Shown: piece after piece, positions 1 through 8,817 of the stretch
How the letters are laid out: the number at the start of each line of letters is the position of its first letter
Numbering within the stretch: position 1 is the stretch's first letter
NCBI GenBank assembly: GCA_965223865.1
Contig: OZ245020.1
Coordinates: 1,056,001-1,120,000 of the forward strand
Length of the DNA stretch: 64,000 nt
Reading direction: 5' to 3'
DNA from: Nitrosarchaeum sp.
Lineage (GTDB): Archaea > Thermoproteota > Nitrososphaeria > Nitrososphaerales > Nitrosopumilaceae
The notes under the pieces: model-generated
Seen by the model: the letters and a program-made list of their open reading frames with translations, nothing else
Database searches by the model: none
Told to the model about the DNA's origin: nothing
Position numbers and translations under genes: made by a program

Positions 1-159
1 GTCACTAAAGATGCCAGTAAGGAATTTTGGTTTACAAAAAATGGCAAAGACAGAATCATTACAATCGAGCTTGAAAACCACGAATATAACCGCATAGTAC
101 TAGAATCTCATAAAAGTAATGAATGGGCTGACAGTATGAATTTGCTCATATCAAAATAA
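1..159 (+). CDS. 3' end of a hypothetical protein (partial, runs off the left edge)
   Basis: Open frame from base 1 (VTKDASKEFWFTKNGKDRIITIEL...LLISK*) ending at TAA 157-159; not in the ORF track. Confidence 0.55.
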   Translation, partial: VTKDASKEFWFTKNGKDRIITIELENHEYNRIVLESHKSNEWADSMNLLISK

Positions 160-370
160 AGAAATTGTAAAAATTTGTTATCAGTGTTGATGTTTTGAGA
201 TTTGCCCTATGCTGATGGTAGAACTTTTGTGTTCTTTCCTGGCCATCAAATTGAATACAAAAGTGAACTACGTTATTCATGTTACAGGTGATTTGCGATA
301 TTGTTTTTAGATCTTCTTCTAAAATTATTAGTTTGCAGAATCTCGAAAAATCTAACAAAAAATTAAATAT

Positions 371-384
371 TTTCCACGTGGGAC
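371..384 (+). repeat. Remnant subterminal box TTTCCACGTGGGAC of the island end motif
   Basis: Exact TTTCCACGTGGG shared with 11002, 11088(rc), 12580(rc) and 24350; terminal box absent. Confidence 0.6.
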
Positions 385-452
385 TTAAAACTAATCCAAT
401 AAATGATTTTTAGTATAACAATCATAATTAATCATCACAGTTTCATCATTTT

Positions 453-662
453 GTGACTAGAAAAGCTCAATTCAATAAGAAAATCTTGATAATGATAATT
501 TTAGCAGGAATTGGACTTGTAATTCAAATGATTCTTTCTTCAATGTACCCTGCATCTGAGTATAGTTTTACGTTTGGTGTTGCACTTGCTATTTTTGGAG
601 TAATTATTGCAATAATGATTGCAATGTATAACAAAGTTAGAAAAGAAATTCCTAGAGAGTAA
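453..662 (+). CDS. Small two-TM membrane protein
   Basis: 69 aa with two hydrophobic helices and basic flanks. Confidence 0.6.
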   Translation: MTRKAQFNKKILIMIILAGIGLVIQMILSSMYPASEYSFTFGVALAIFGVIIAIMIAMYNKVRKEIPRE

Positions 663-826
663 AAATGCAATTAAAATTCATTCTGATGATATTGGGGGCT
701 ATTGGTGCAGCATTACTAGAATTTGTAATTTTACTTGGATTCATTCCTACTCCTAATTTCTAAAAATGGTTCAATCCTTTATGGATTCAAACATTTAGTA
801 GAACACTTTATCATATAGCCTACAAA

Positions 827-1492
827 ATGTTCGGTATGAGGTTAGGAGTCATCGTAATTCTGTCGTCTGCAATGATGTTGATTCCAGTAACTGTTTTTGA
901 CGCGTATGCAAAATGCTTGCATGATGAGGAGTGTTATGGTGCTCCAGCATTTTTCCCACTGAAATACCAACTTGAGTTTTACATCCTCCCAAACATCGTA
1001 TGTCCCAACCAAGATCATGTTTTGGCTGAAAGACCAAACGGAAAATTGGCATGTGTTACAAATAGTACTGCAGAAAAAACTGGATGGCTAATTCATTACA
1101 GGAACGTAGTTGATACCAAAGGTGTAGTTCCAATAAATTCTCCTGGAACAGTAAATCTAGTTCGTTTTGAAATTACAGGAGCCACACTTGATAAGATGAT
1201 ATATGAAAATCAGATGCTGATTACCTCAGTTACTCCTAATGAAGAATACGGAGTGTTGTCAGTTGAATTACCTACAGGTACATTTCCTGCAAACTTCAAG
1301 TATTGTGATCCTAGGATGGAAAACCCTCCAAACACACCATACATTATGATTGTTGATGGTACAGAACGCCCATTAGTTGAAGGTGTAAATTCCCGTTTTC
1401 AACCTGCTTTTAACATCCCACTTAATGAAAACTCTAGAACCATTGAAATTATTAGAACATGTATTGATCTTGAAGTAGAAAATAAAAACTAG
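827..1492 (+). CDS. Secreted protein with thaumarchaeal C-x(16)-CV...GW motif
   Basis: Signal peptide ending AYA; CPNQDHVLAERPNGKLACVTNSTAEKTGW. Confidence 0.7.
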   Translation: MFGMRLGVIVILSSAMMLIPVTVFDAYAKCLHDEECYGAPAFFPLKYQLEFYILPNIVCPNQDHVLAERPNGKLACVTNSTAEKTGWLIHYRNVVDTKGVVPINSPGTVNLVRFEITGATLDKMIYENQMLITSVTPNEEYGVLSVELPTGTFPANFKYCDPRMENPPNTPYIMIVDGTERPLVEGVNSRFQPAFNIPLNENSRTIEIIRTCIDLEVENKN

Positions 1493-1538
1493 AATTCAGA
1501 AAAAAATGATATTATTTTCTAAGATTATCTAACTATAT

Positions 1539-1904
1539 TCATTTGACCATGTTCAATATTATTGGTACAATTTTTAAATAATCTAGTGTTGATTGCATTA
1601 CAACATAAAGCACATCTTCGTTAATTGGTACGCTGATTTCAGTCATCTTTTGTCTTGTTGCCATTGCAAAATTGACTGGACCTAACTGTTTGTCAAACTC
1701 TTTTCTCATCCTCGCTCTCAACAAAAGTTCCATGTACAACCTTTCATCTTCTTGTGGAGTATCAAATGGTTCTGTGCCTTCTCTTAGTCCTCCTGCAGCA
1801 AGCCTTCCACGCTCATTAATGACGCCTGAAAACACTATTGCTTCATCAATTTTCTTGATTTTATCACATATTGCAAAATAATCATAGATTTTTCTTTGCA
1901 TCAA
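1539..1904 (-). CDS. Roadblock/profilin-like small protein (DUF6659-like)
   Basis: FSGVINERGRLAAGG...RKEFDKQLGPVNF pattern; paralog of 2445-2909. Confidence 0.75.
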   Translation of the reverse strand: MMQRKIYDYFAICDKIKKIDEAIVFSGVINERGRLAAGGLREGTEPFDTPQEDERLYMELLLRARMRKEFDKQLGPVNFAMATRQKMTEISVPINEDVLYVVMQSTLDYLKIVPIILNMVK

Positions 1905-1915
1905 ATTTCATCGTA

Positions 1916-2455
1916 TCATCTTACAGTAACCTGTCCTATTCTCCAGGGATGAAGTGAACAATAGTAGTGATATGTACCTTCTTCATCAAAATTATATGCA
2001 AATCTCTCACCTGTCTTGAGTGGAGCGCTATTGAACATGCCAATTATGTTTCCTTGCTCATCTATGCTTTGAACTGTGTGAAGCACCGCATCATCATTTA
2101 CCCAGACAACTGTAGTTCCTTTATCCACTTCCAGATTCAAAGGAATGTAGAATCCAGTGTGTTCAATGTTGGCATTTCCATTAGGGATTATGATATTGGA
2201 AGTAGTTGATTTTTTAGATGACTCTTGTTTTGCAGTATCTTTTGTTTCTATTACAATAACATTGTTTTCTATTAGAAACTTTATTGCATTAAGAAATTCT
2301 GTTTCTGAAATGTTTCCTTGTCCATACCATAATGCGGTATTCTTAATCCATTCGGGAATGCTTTGGGCTGAAACAGTTGGGATGATCACAGTTACAGCAA
2401 TTAGAATTGCACATAATCCAGTAACTACAAGTTTTAATTTTTTGTTAATCATGAT
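1916..2455 (-). CDS. Secreted blue-copper (plastocyanin/cupredoxin) protein with N-terminal IPxWIK domain; ORF extends to 2521 but real start probably ~2455
   Basis: Signal peptide; IPEWIKNTALWYGQGNISETEFLNAIKFL; WVNDDAVLHTV and YYCSLHPW copper ligands. Confidence 0.85.
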   Translation of the reverse strand: MMINKKLKLVVTGLCAILIAVTVIIPTVSAQSIPEWIKNTALWYGQGNISETEFLNAIKFLIENNVIVIETKDTAKQESSKKSTTSNIIIPNGNANIEHTGFYIPLNLEVDKGTTVVWVNDDAVLHTVQSIDEQGNIIGMFNSAPLKTGERFAYNFDEEGTYHYYCSLHPWRIGQVTVR

Positions 2456-2909
2456 TCCACTCATTTGAATCCGAGTTGTCATGTCTGATTTGTCTAATTG
2501 ATTCGTTTTGGGAATTCTCATATAGTTCTCCTAGCGTAATTGAAATCCTAAATGCCAGTCTGTCAATATTTACGTGTGGTTCGGCTACGATCATCAACAC
2601 GTTCTCAAAAATAGGAAAGCTCATAATAACAACATGCCTTCTTCTGGATGCGGAATATTTTACCTGTCCCAGCTCATCATCAAATTTTTTTCGCTTCTCA
2701 ACACGTGATGCTAATTCCTGGCATACTGATCTGTGCTGCTCCTCAGACAGTCTTGGAACCAAATCGTCCTTGTATCCACCTGCAAGAACCGCTCCAGAAG
2801 AATCAAGATAGCCTGCAAATCTAATTTCAACATCTTTTACTAGTTCAGAGCAAATCCTTTCAAACTCTTTTTCTGTTTGAATCATCTCGTCAAGAGATTT
2901 CACAAGCAT
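2445..2909 (-). CDS. Roadblock/profilin-like small protein (DUF6659-like)
   Basis: IRFAGYLDSSGAVLAGG...RKKFDDELGQVKY; paralog of 1539-1904. Confidence 0.75.
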   Translation of the reverse strand: MLVKSLDEMIQTEKEFERICSELVKDVEIRFAGYLDSSGAVLAGGYKDDLVPRLSEEQHRSVCQELASRVEKRKKFDDELGQVKYSASRRRHVVIMSFPIFENVLMIVAEPHVNIDRLAFRISITLGELYENSQNESIRQIRHDNSDSNEWNHD

Positions 2910-2948
2910 CTAAACTTTCTCAGAAATAAAGATAATAACTTTGTTGAT

Positions 2949-2963
2949 ATTAATAATGTTAAT
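2949..2963. promoter_or_regulatory. Putative operator ATTAATAATGTTAAT upstream of the CARF-wHTH gene
   Basis: Imperfect palindrome; exact reverse-complement copy at 3799-3813. Confidence 0.5.
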
Positions 2964-2987
2964 AATCTTAAGAAATAATACTGTATT

Positions 2988-3710
2988 ATGCAGTCAAAGC
3001 TTCGAGTCCACATAGCTGCAGTCGATCATCATATCGAAAGAATTGTAGAACCGATGATACGGCTCCGTGCAGACAAGGCATATCTGTTAGCATTTGGTGA
3101 AAATGATTCAGCAACAGAGTTTCTCAAAAAAACCAAAACCATACTAAAAAAGAACCACATAACCATCCAAGTTGAATATGTAGACCTTTGGGATCTGATG
3201 GCATGTGTTGGCAAGGCCCGAGACATAATTCACGATGAGAAAGAAAATCAGGTTTTCTTCAACGTTTCTGCAGGAACAAAGATCTGCGCAATATCATTTA
3301 TGCTTGCATGCATGCTTTGGGATTGCGAGCCCTATTATGCCAAGACAGAATACAATGAAATAAAAATTTCAAAAAAGATCATTCCAGAGAAAATCAACGA
3401 TGTCATTGCAATTCCCACCTACAAGATGATAACGCCAAAACCTGAATTTCTTCAGGTATTAAAAATTCTCAAAAACAATGATAATAAGATAAAGAAAAAA
3501 CATCTCATTGATCAACTAAAAAAACTAGAATTAATTTTCCCAATGGGTGGTGCATCTTTAAGTAAGCCTGCAGAGCACGGACAGCTAAGAACTATCTTAG
3601 AACCCATGATGAAGATGGGTTATGTGGATGTGGAAAACATTGGAAGAAACAGTTTTGTGTCTGTGACCAAACAAGGTGAGAACACCTTGGAAATATTTGG
3701 AGTGCCATAG
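2988..3710 (+). CDS. CARF-like + winged-HTH transcriptional regulator (HFX_2341/DUF6293-like)
   Basis: N-terminal Rossmann-like domain with FFNVSAGTKI motif; C-terminal wHTH (LEPMMKMGYV...VTKQGE). Confidence 0.8.
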   Translation: MQSKLRVHIAAVDHHIERIVEPMIRLRADKAYLLAFGENDSATEFLKKTKTILKKNHITIQVEYVDLWDLMACVGKARDIIHDEKENQVFFNVSAGTKICAISFMLACMLWDCEPYYAKTEYNEIKISKKIIPEKINDVIAIPTYKMITPKPEFLQVLKILKNNDNKIKKKHLIDQLKKLELIFPMGGASLSKPAEHGQLRTILEPMMKMGYVDVENIGRNSFVSVTKQGENTLEIFGVP

Positions 3711-3798
3711 ATGTTTTAGAAATTTCAAAAATTCTAGTTAAGGTAAAATGATCTGACTCTAATTTAATCTCGTCATTAGCTGTATTGACTTTAATTTA

Positions 3799-3813
3799 AT
3801 TAACATTATTAAT
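3799..3813. promoter_or_regulatory. Second copy (inverted) of the putative operator, upstream of the DUF1059-PII operon
   Basis: ATTAACATTATTAAT is the exact reverse complement of 2949-2963. Confidence 0.5.
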
Positions 3814-3860
3814 GCAATTATAGTTAATAATTTGATATTATATGTGAATCTAGGAACAGC

Positions 3861-4124
3861 ATGGCAAAATTGACTTGCAAGAATTTTGGATTTGAGTGTA
3901 ACTTTGAAATTGAAGAAAATGATGAATCAAAGTTGGTAGATACATTCTCAAACCATGTTTCACTTGAGCATAAGACATCATTGTCCAAAGAATCTCTCTT
4001 GAAGATGATTTCAGGCAACCAAGTACTCTGTCCATATTGCAATTCAGAATTTGCAAGCAAGGAACTTCTATCAAAGCACATTGACAAGATACATCACGGT
4101 TCAGGAATTCTGGAGGGATTATAG
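3861..4124 (+). CDS. DUF1059 small metal-binding protein with C-terminal C2H2 zinc finger
   Basis: LTCKNFGFECNF...H...EH; CPYC...HIDKIH. Confidence 0.8.
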   Translation: MAKLTCKNFGFECNFEIEENDESKLVDTFSNHVSLEHKTSLSKESLLKMISGNQVLCPYCNSEFASKELLSKHIDKIHHGSGILEGL

Positions 4125-4126
4125 CT

Positions 4127-4303
4127 ATGGCAAGGCTAGTTTGTAGTGACTATGGTTTTGAGTGTAATTTTGTTTCAGAGTCTGAAGAGATAGAAGATGT
4201 TCTAAAGGAATTTGCCAAGCATACGGAAAATGAACACGGGATAGACTATCCAAAGGAAGCTTTGATGCAATTTATTGTCAGACAAAATGGAGGATCAGTT
4301 TGA
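4127..4303 (+). CDS. DUF1059 small metal-binding protein (58 aa, below ORF-track cutoff)
   Basis: MARLVCSDYGFECNFVSESEEIEDVLKEFAKHTENEHG...; paralog of the upstream gene, tightly packed in the operon. Confidence 0.8.
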   Translation: MARLVCSDYGFECNFVSESEEIEDVLKEFAKHTENEHGIDYPKEALMQFIVRQNGGSV

Positions 4304-4306
4304 AGT

Positions 4307-4621
4307 ATGAAAAAACTCGAAGTTATAGTTAGACCTGAATTAAAAGACAAGACTGTTTCTGCAATCAAAAAAACGGGAGTTGGAGGAGTTACTGTTTATT
4401 CTGTGCAGGGTCTGGGTTCTGAAGACCCACCGTTAGTGGGCCAGTATTTCTCTAAAGACATGATCGTCTGCGTAGTTGATGATCGTAAGTTAGATGGTGT
4501 CCTTAATGCAATTGCAAACGTAGCGTGCACGGGTGAAAAAGGAGACGGCAAAGTCTTTGTAGTTCCTGTAGAGGATGCACTTGACATTTGTACAAAAAAA
4601 CGTGGGACAGACTCCATCTAA
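4307..4621 (+). CDS. P-II family nitrogen regulatory protein with short T-loop
   Basis: MKKLEVIVRP...GVGGVTV..VQGLG...TGEKGDGKVFVVPVE PII signature. Confidence 0.9.
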   Translation: MKKLEVIVRPELKDKTVSAIKKTGVGGVTVYSVQGLGSEDPPLVGQYFSKDMIVCVVDDRKLDGVLNAIANVACTGEKGDGKVFVVPVEDALDICTKKRGTDSI

Positions 4622-4712
4622 TCAACAATGCAGAAGAACCAAGTAGCATCACTTTGAAAAAATTATTCATACAATAATAATATAAATTCAAAAAAGACAA
4701 ACAACTATTACA

Positions 4713-5024
4713 TTGAAAAATATTCTAGTCCCCTTTGATGGTTCTGGATACTCTGAAAAGACATTTGAAAAAGCATTAGAGATAGCATCAAAATTTGATT
4801 CAAAACTGACAGCGTTAACTGTATTGCATGCAAAATTAGAAGAATCTTCTGGCGTTTCCATTGAACGACTCGGAGAAATACAGGATGAGCAGATTGATGA
4901 GGCTACTGCAATGCTAAAGAATCTTGAAGAAAAGGCAAAATCCAAAAATATACAGTTGTCAATAAAAGTAACTCACAACCCATGCAAAGTAAACTGGTCT
5001 AACCAAAATTGCAAAAAAATGTAG
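4713..5024 (+). pseudogene. Universal stress protein (UspA family), C-terminally truncated
   Basis: KNILVPFDGSGYSEKTFEKALEIA start; the DLIVMG..G...GS half is missing and the frame ends in unrelated sequence after KVTHNP. Confidence 0.7.
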
Positions 5025-5195
5025 CCAACATAATCCTGTGAATGTATTTGAGATTGCCTAGTATGGAATGCTACATTTTATTTAATGTGAGAATAAAATG
5101 ATGTTCAAATATGAGTAAAAAATTAGCTGGTTTCTTGGCAGGTGTTATAGTTTGTTATGCAGCAGCATTTGCAATTTTTTATCCAGGATGATAAA

Positions 5196-5359
5196 ATGAC
5201 AGAAAATAAAACATGTCCTCACTTTTACACTCTTCACACTATTCATGCAAGTTTTGTGGTAGACCTCAATGTGATCGTTGCAGAAAAAAACATGAAGAAC
5301 AACATATCAAAAACAACGATAAAGAATTATCATATTCTCCAGAGAAGGATATGTGGTAG
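5196..5359 (+). pseudogene. Frameshifted small Zn-finger gene remnant
   Basis: MTENKTCPH.. in one frame; SCKFCGRPQCDRCRKKHEEQH..* in another. Confidence 0.35.
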
Positions 5360-5440
5360 ATATGACAAGTGAATTAGAAAGTTTCTTTGATGTGTTATCT
5401 TGGTTTCACACACCAAGAATATCCTGAATTATAGGTAATT

Positions 5441-5722
5441 CTAATTTAATTTGGGAATGTCATCTATTGACATTCCAGACGTAGGTTTTGTCTTGATTTT
5501 AGAACCAAATTTTGAATTTCCCATCTTGATTGAATATCCTATCAGCAAAAATAGTGCAATTGCAGGAATTATGAACCCAACTGCAACGGCAATGTATAAC
5601 ACATCTTTTGTCAATACATTTACAAGAAAATTATGGATTGGAGGAAAAATCACTATGATTAAACTAGTTAAAAGAGAAGAGAACATAAAAAGTCCAAAAA
5701 ATTGCCACTTGTGATTTTGCAT
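5441..5722 (-). CDS. Hypothetical two-TM membrane protein
   Basis: 93 aa with two hydrophobic segments. Confidence 0.6.
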   Translation of the reverse strand: MQNHKWQFFGLFMFSSLLTSLIIVIFPPIHNFLVNVLTKDVLYIAVAVGFIIPAIALFLLIGYSIKMGNSKFGSKIKTKPTSGMSIDDIPKLN

Positions 5723-5812
5723 TTGTAATTGTTGGTTAGCGATAGAATTTATCTTTGATTAAAAATAGCGTAAACTGGGTTGGCAATTAAAGTAATTTAT
5801 TAATTGAACAAA

Positions 5813-6322
5813 TTACCTATGTGCATTCATCTGATCTCTTTTCTGTTTGAATGCCCAAAATATCGCTACAAAAACAGATACCATAACCGAGCTAAATACC
5901 ATGTTTGCTATACTAAACATTGCATAAAGCGAAGCTTCTGCAATGTTTTCACGAAGAATCAGTGAATTATTGCTGATTTCAACTAGTTTTACATGATATG
6001 AAGAACTATCTTGTTGAGTCCACGAAAGTGATTCTGCATTCAGAATCATTCTATCTAGATTCTCTTGCATACGGTTAAAATCAGCAGTCATTGTGGGATA
6101 GATAAAAACGGGGTTTCCCTTGTGCGGCAGATTTGTTTTTATCTCTTCAAGATTGGAATAGATCTCTTGAGGATCAGAGGAACTCATTACGATTCCTAAC
6201 TGTGTTCTACTTTTGTCAAGTGGGTAAATTGCACCAAAATAATAACCAGTAAACATATAGCCTGTAAAAGCAACAACTGCAAGCATTCCAACCATATATG
6301 GAACATATACCTTGTTTATCAT
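5813..6322 (-). CDS. Hypothetical membrane protein (N- and C-terminal TM, helical ectodomain)
   Basis: 169 aa; TM - LPHKGNPVFIYPT domain - TM. Confidence 0.7.
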   Translation of the reverse strand: MINKVYVPYMVGMLAVVAFTGYMFTGYYFGAIYPLDKSRTQLGIVMSSSDPQEIYSNLEEIKTNLPHKGNPVFIYPTMTADFNRMQENLDRMILNAESLSWTQQDSSSYHVKLVEISNNSLILRENIAEASLYAMFSIANMVFSSVMVSVFVAIFWAFKQKRDQMNAHR

Positions 6323-6379
6323 CTGTTTTCAATTTTGTTTTGTTTATGTGCTTTATTTCTTTTTTTGAAACTTGGGCGA

Positions 6380-6544
6380 TTACAATCCAAAAATCTCTTC
6401 CATCTCTATTCTTGGATTCTTTTTTGGAATTTTTCTAATAGAATTTCCAATATTCAAATTTCTGTATTTTATCATGCATGCAATTGTAAATCCGATGATT
6501 CCCAACATCATTAGATCAATAGGCGTAGGTACAGGAAGATTCAT
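6380..6544 (-). CDS. Small single-TM protein (54 aa)
   Basis: MNLPVPTPIDLMMLGIIGFTIACMIKYR...; co-oriented with the downstream gene. Confidence 0.4.
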   Translation of the reverse strand: MNLPVPTPIDLMMLGIIGFTIACMIKYRNLNIGNSIRKIPKKNPRIEMEEIFGL

Positions 6545-6606
6545 GATTAAGATATTACATTTGTGATTTTATAAAATATTGTTTTTTTCACGTGAGTGTT
6601 ATTTTT

Positions 6607-6894
6607 TTAGTTTTCCAAAAAAATTATTTGTACATAAAATACAAAGTATAAACCACAACCTTGACTGCTGTCAAAATCAAGGCTATTTTCAGAATCTTGT
6701 TTGTGTTTCTTGTAAAAAAACTGGTTATTTCCATGTCTAATCTCTTTTCTCTTTGATTTCACTGCAATTTTGATTGCAACAAAGATGCCTCCCAACATAA
6801 CAATTATCCCTCCAATCAAACTTGCTTGAGAATTTTGCTGGTTTATTGTAAGTGTTGTTTGAATAATTACACCTATTCCCACTAGAAAAAACAT
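6607..6894 (-). CDS. Hypothetical membrane protein
   Basis: Two TM segments and a basic tail; C-terminus looks degenerate. Confidence 0.45.
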   Translation of the reverse strand: MFFLVGIGVIIQTTLTINQQNSQASLIGGIIVMLGGIFVAIKIAVKSKRKEIRHGNNQFFYKKHKQDSENSLDFDSSQGCGLYFVFYVQIIFLEN

Positions 6895-6962
6895 AATGAA
6901 AAAACTTCTTCACAATGATTAAAAATTAAATACTTAAATAAATCTTTAATTATTTAATCACA

Positions 6963-7259
6963 TTGGAATCCCCTTGGAAGGCTTTGGCAGACGATAACAG
7001 AAGAAAGATCCTCTTGTTGTTAAAGAAAAAAAGCATGACACCTACTGAGATTTTGTCGCATTTTGACTTTACCTTGCCTGCATTATCCACACATCTGAGA
7101 ATTCTGAAGAGCTCGGATCTAGTAAATGAAAAAAAGATTGGAAAAAACAGAGTCTATTCGATAAATCATGACAAGACATTTGAGATGATGAAGTTCTTTA
7201 GCCAAATGCATGGTTATTCTCTTCATAGTCTCAAGGAATTTCTGGAGAATGAAAAGTAA
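6963..7259 (+). CDS. ArsR/SmtB family transcriptional regulator
   Basis: KALADDNRRKILLLL...PALSTHLRILKSSDLV..K.GK.RVYSI. Confidence 0.9.
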   Translation: MESPWKALADDNRRKILLLLKKKSMTPTEILSHFDFTLPALSTHLRILKSSDLVNEKKIGKNRVYSINHDKTFEMMKFFSQMHGYSLHSLKEFLENEK

Positions 7260-8116
7260 TGGAGATTAAAAAAGAGATAACAATCAATGCATCTGCTCCA
7301 AGGGTTTTCAAGGCAATAACTGACCCCAAACAACTCACAAAGTGGTTTCCAGATGTAGAGTCAATTGAGCCTAGAATTGGAGGGAAGATATCCTTCAAGT
7401 TTTTAGATGATACAGGCATACAAAATGACAAACAAACTCTTGAAGGAAAAATCGTAGAGTTGGAAGAAAACAAGAAATTGTCCTATATGTGGGGAGATTC
7501 TGAAACACCAGAGTCTCCATTAACAAGAATAACGTGGATTTTAGAAGAGATAGATGCAAAAAAGACAAGAGTCACAATAACTCACACAGGATTCCTAGAT
7601 GAGGTCTCAATGAAACCATACAATGAACAGTGGGACTGGCTTACAGAAAGTTTGAATGCATTTGCCGAATCAAAAAAACGAATTAATTGTAGCTGGAAGC
7701 AAATTTCTACTCTGTTTTCTAGTTTTTTTGCAAGTGTTTCACTAGACAAGATAAAACCCGCCAAAGGAGAGGTAGATGTGAGATGGCAAATTGTGTTTTC
7801 ATTTATTCCAGGGATTCTTATCTGGTCCTTTTACAGAGTAAAAAAACTAAGATTATTTTTGGCAACAATGGTGATTCCAATACTTGCTCTAATGTACATT
7901 ATACCATTGGCAGCAATAGGCCCCGAGTATTTTGAATACTGTGATCCTTATCTTTTACTAGTCTGGGATTTTGAAGGTTCTTGTATTAATGAAGATATTT
8001 TTCTACCCCTCTTAATTGCAGATGTGACATATAATGTGTTTAAAACGTATTTCATAATCAGATGGTCAAGACAGTGGAATGAAGGCGTCATACAGGGAGT
8101 CAAGAATTTAAAATGA
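7259..8116 (+). CDS. SRPBCC (AHSA1-like) domain fused to a C-terminal membrane domain
   Basis: EITINASAPRVFKAITDPKQLTKWF...TRVTITHTGF...W..L, then TM region ending IRWSRQWN. Confidence 0.85.
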   Translation: MEIKKEITINASAPRVFKAITDPKQLTKWFPDVESIEPRIGGKISFKFLDDTGIQNDKQTLEGKIVELEENKKLSYMWGDSETPESPLTRITWILEEIDAKKTRVTITHTGFLDEVSMKPYNEQWDWLTESLNAFAESKKRINCSWKQISTLFSSFFASVSLDKIKPAKGEVDVRWQIVFSFIPGILIWSFYRVKKLRLFLATMVIPILALMYIIPLAAIGPEYFEYCDPYLLLVWDFEGSCINEDIFLPLLIADVTYNVFKTYFIIRWSRQWNEGVIQGVKNLK

Positions 8117-8135
8117 TTTCACAGGAGGGTATGAC

Positions 8136-8519
8136 TTGAAAATGAAAGCTCTACTTCCTGCAGATGGTCCTGTAGATGTCAAAAAATATACCCTTTATGC
8201 AATGATTCCTGGTTTGGATACCTATGTGGCATCAAAACTTGACAAGAAAAAATTTGCTACAATATACACAGTAATCTTCATGGCAGCAATACTAGCGGCA
8301 ACTGCAGTCTTGATGTATCAATTGACAACTGATCCAATATTGAGTGGAAATGAACTTGAGCCACAACAAAGAGTGGAAATGGTAAATGAAAAGTTCATGC
8401 CAAGAATAATCTATGTAATTGTAATTTCACTTGGAATTCATCTTCCTATTTACACGTATCTTGTACGTAAGTGGGCCAAAGAATGGAATGAAAACGTATC
8501 AAAAGACTCAAAAAAATAA
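8136..8519 (+). CDS. Membrane protein paralogous to the C-terminal domain of the preceding gene
   Basis: VDVKKYTLYAMIPG...VRKWAKEWN versus VDVRWQIVFSFIPG...IRWSRQWN. Confidence 0.7.
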   Translation: MKMKALLPADGPVDVKKYTLYAMIPGLDTYVASKLDKKKFATIYTVIFMAAILAATAVLMYQLTTDPILSGNELEPQQRVEMVNEKFMPRIIYVIVISLGIHLPIYTYLVRKWAKEWNENVSKDSKK

Positions 8520-8532
8520 CACATGAGAGAAA

Positions 8533-8772
8533 ATGAATAGAAAATTTTGGATATATCTAACTCTCATTTGTATGGTATTTGTTATTGTGACTTTGATAGA
8601 ATTTTCATTTTGGAATGCAGAACGGTATTCTGTCTTAAAATCAATGTCTGACATTCAGGTAATATTGTTTACAACAATTGGTCTGATTCTGACATTCGTT
8701 GCATACTTGTATGTTAGAAGCAAAGGTTGGTGGAATGTCAATGCAAAACGACCAGAAGAAGACAAGATGTAG
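8533..8772 (+). CDS. Small two-TM membrane protein
   Basis: 79 aa, in operon. Confidence 0.6.
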   Translation: MNRKFWIYLTLICMVFVIVTLIEFSFWNAERYSVLKSMSDIQVILFTTIGLILTFVAYLYVRSKGWWNVNAKRPEEDKM

Positions 8773-8817
8773 AAAATAGTGATAATTCAGAACAAATGTC
8801 AAAAGAAAAAATAGAAA

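Noticed and set aside
1527-1540. ATCTAACTATATTC, 13/14 match to the terminal box region
   Set aside because: No CCACGTGG at the expected distance and no 14-mer flank; possibly a relic but unsupported.
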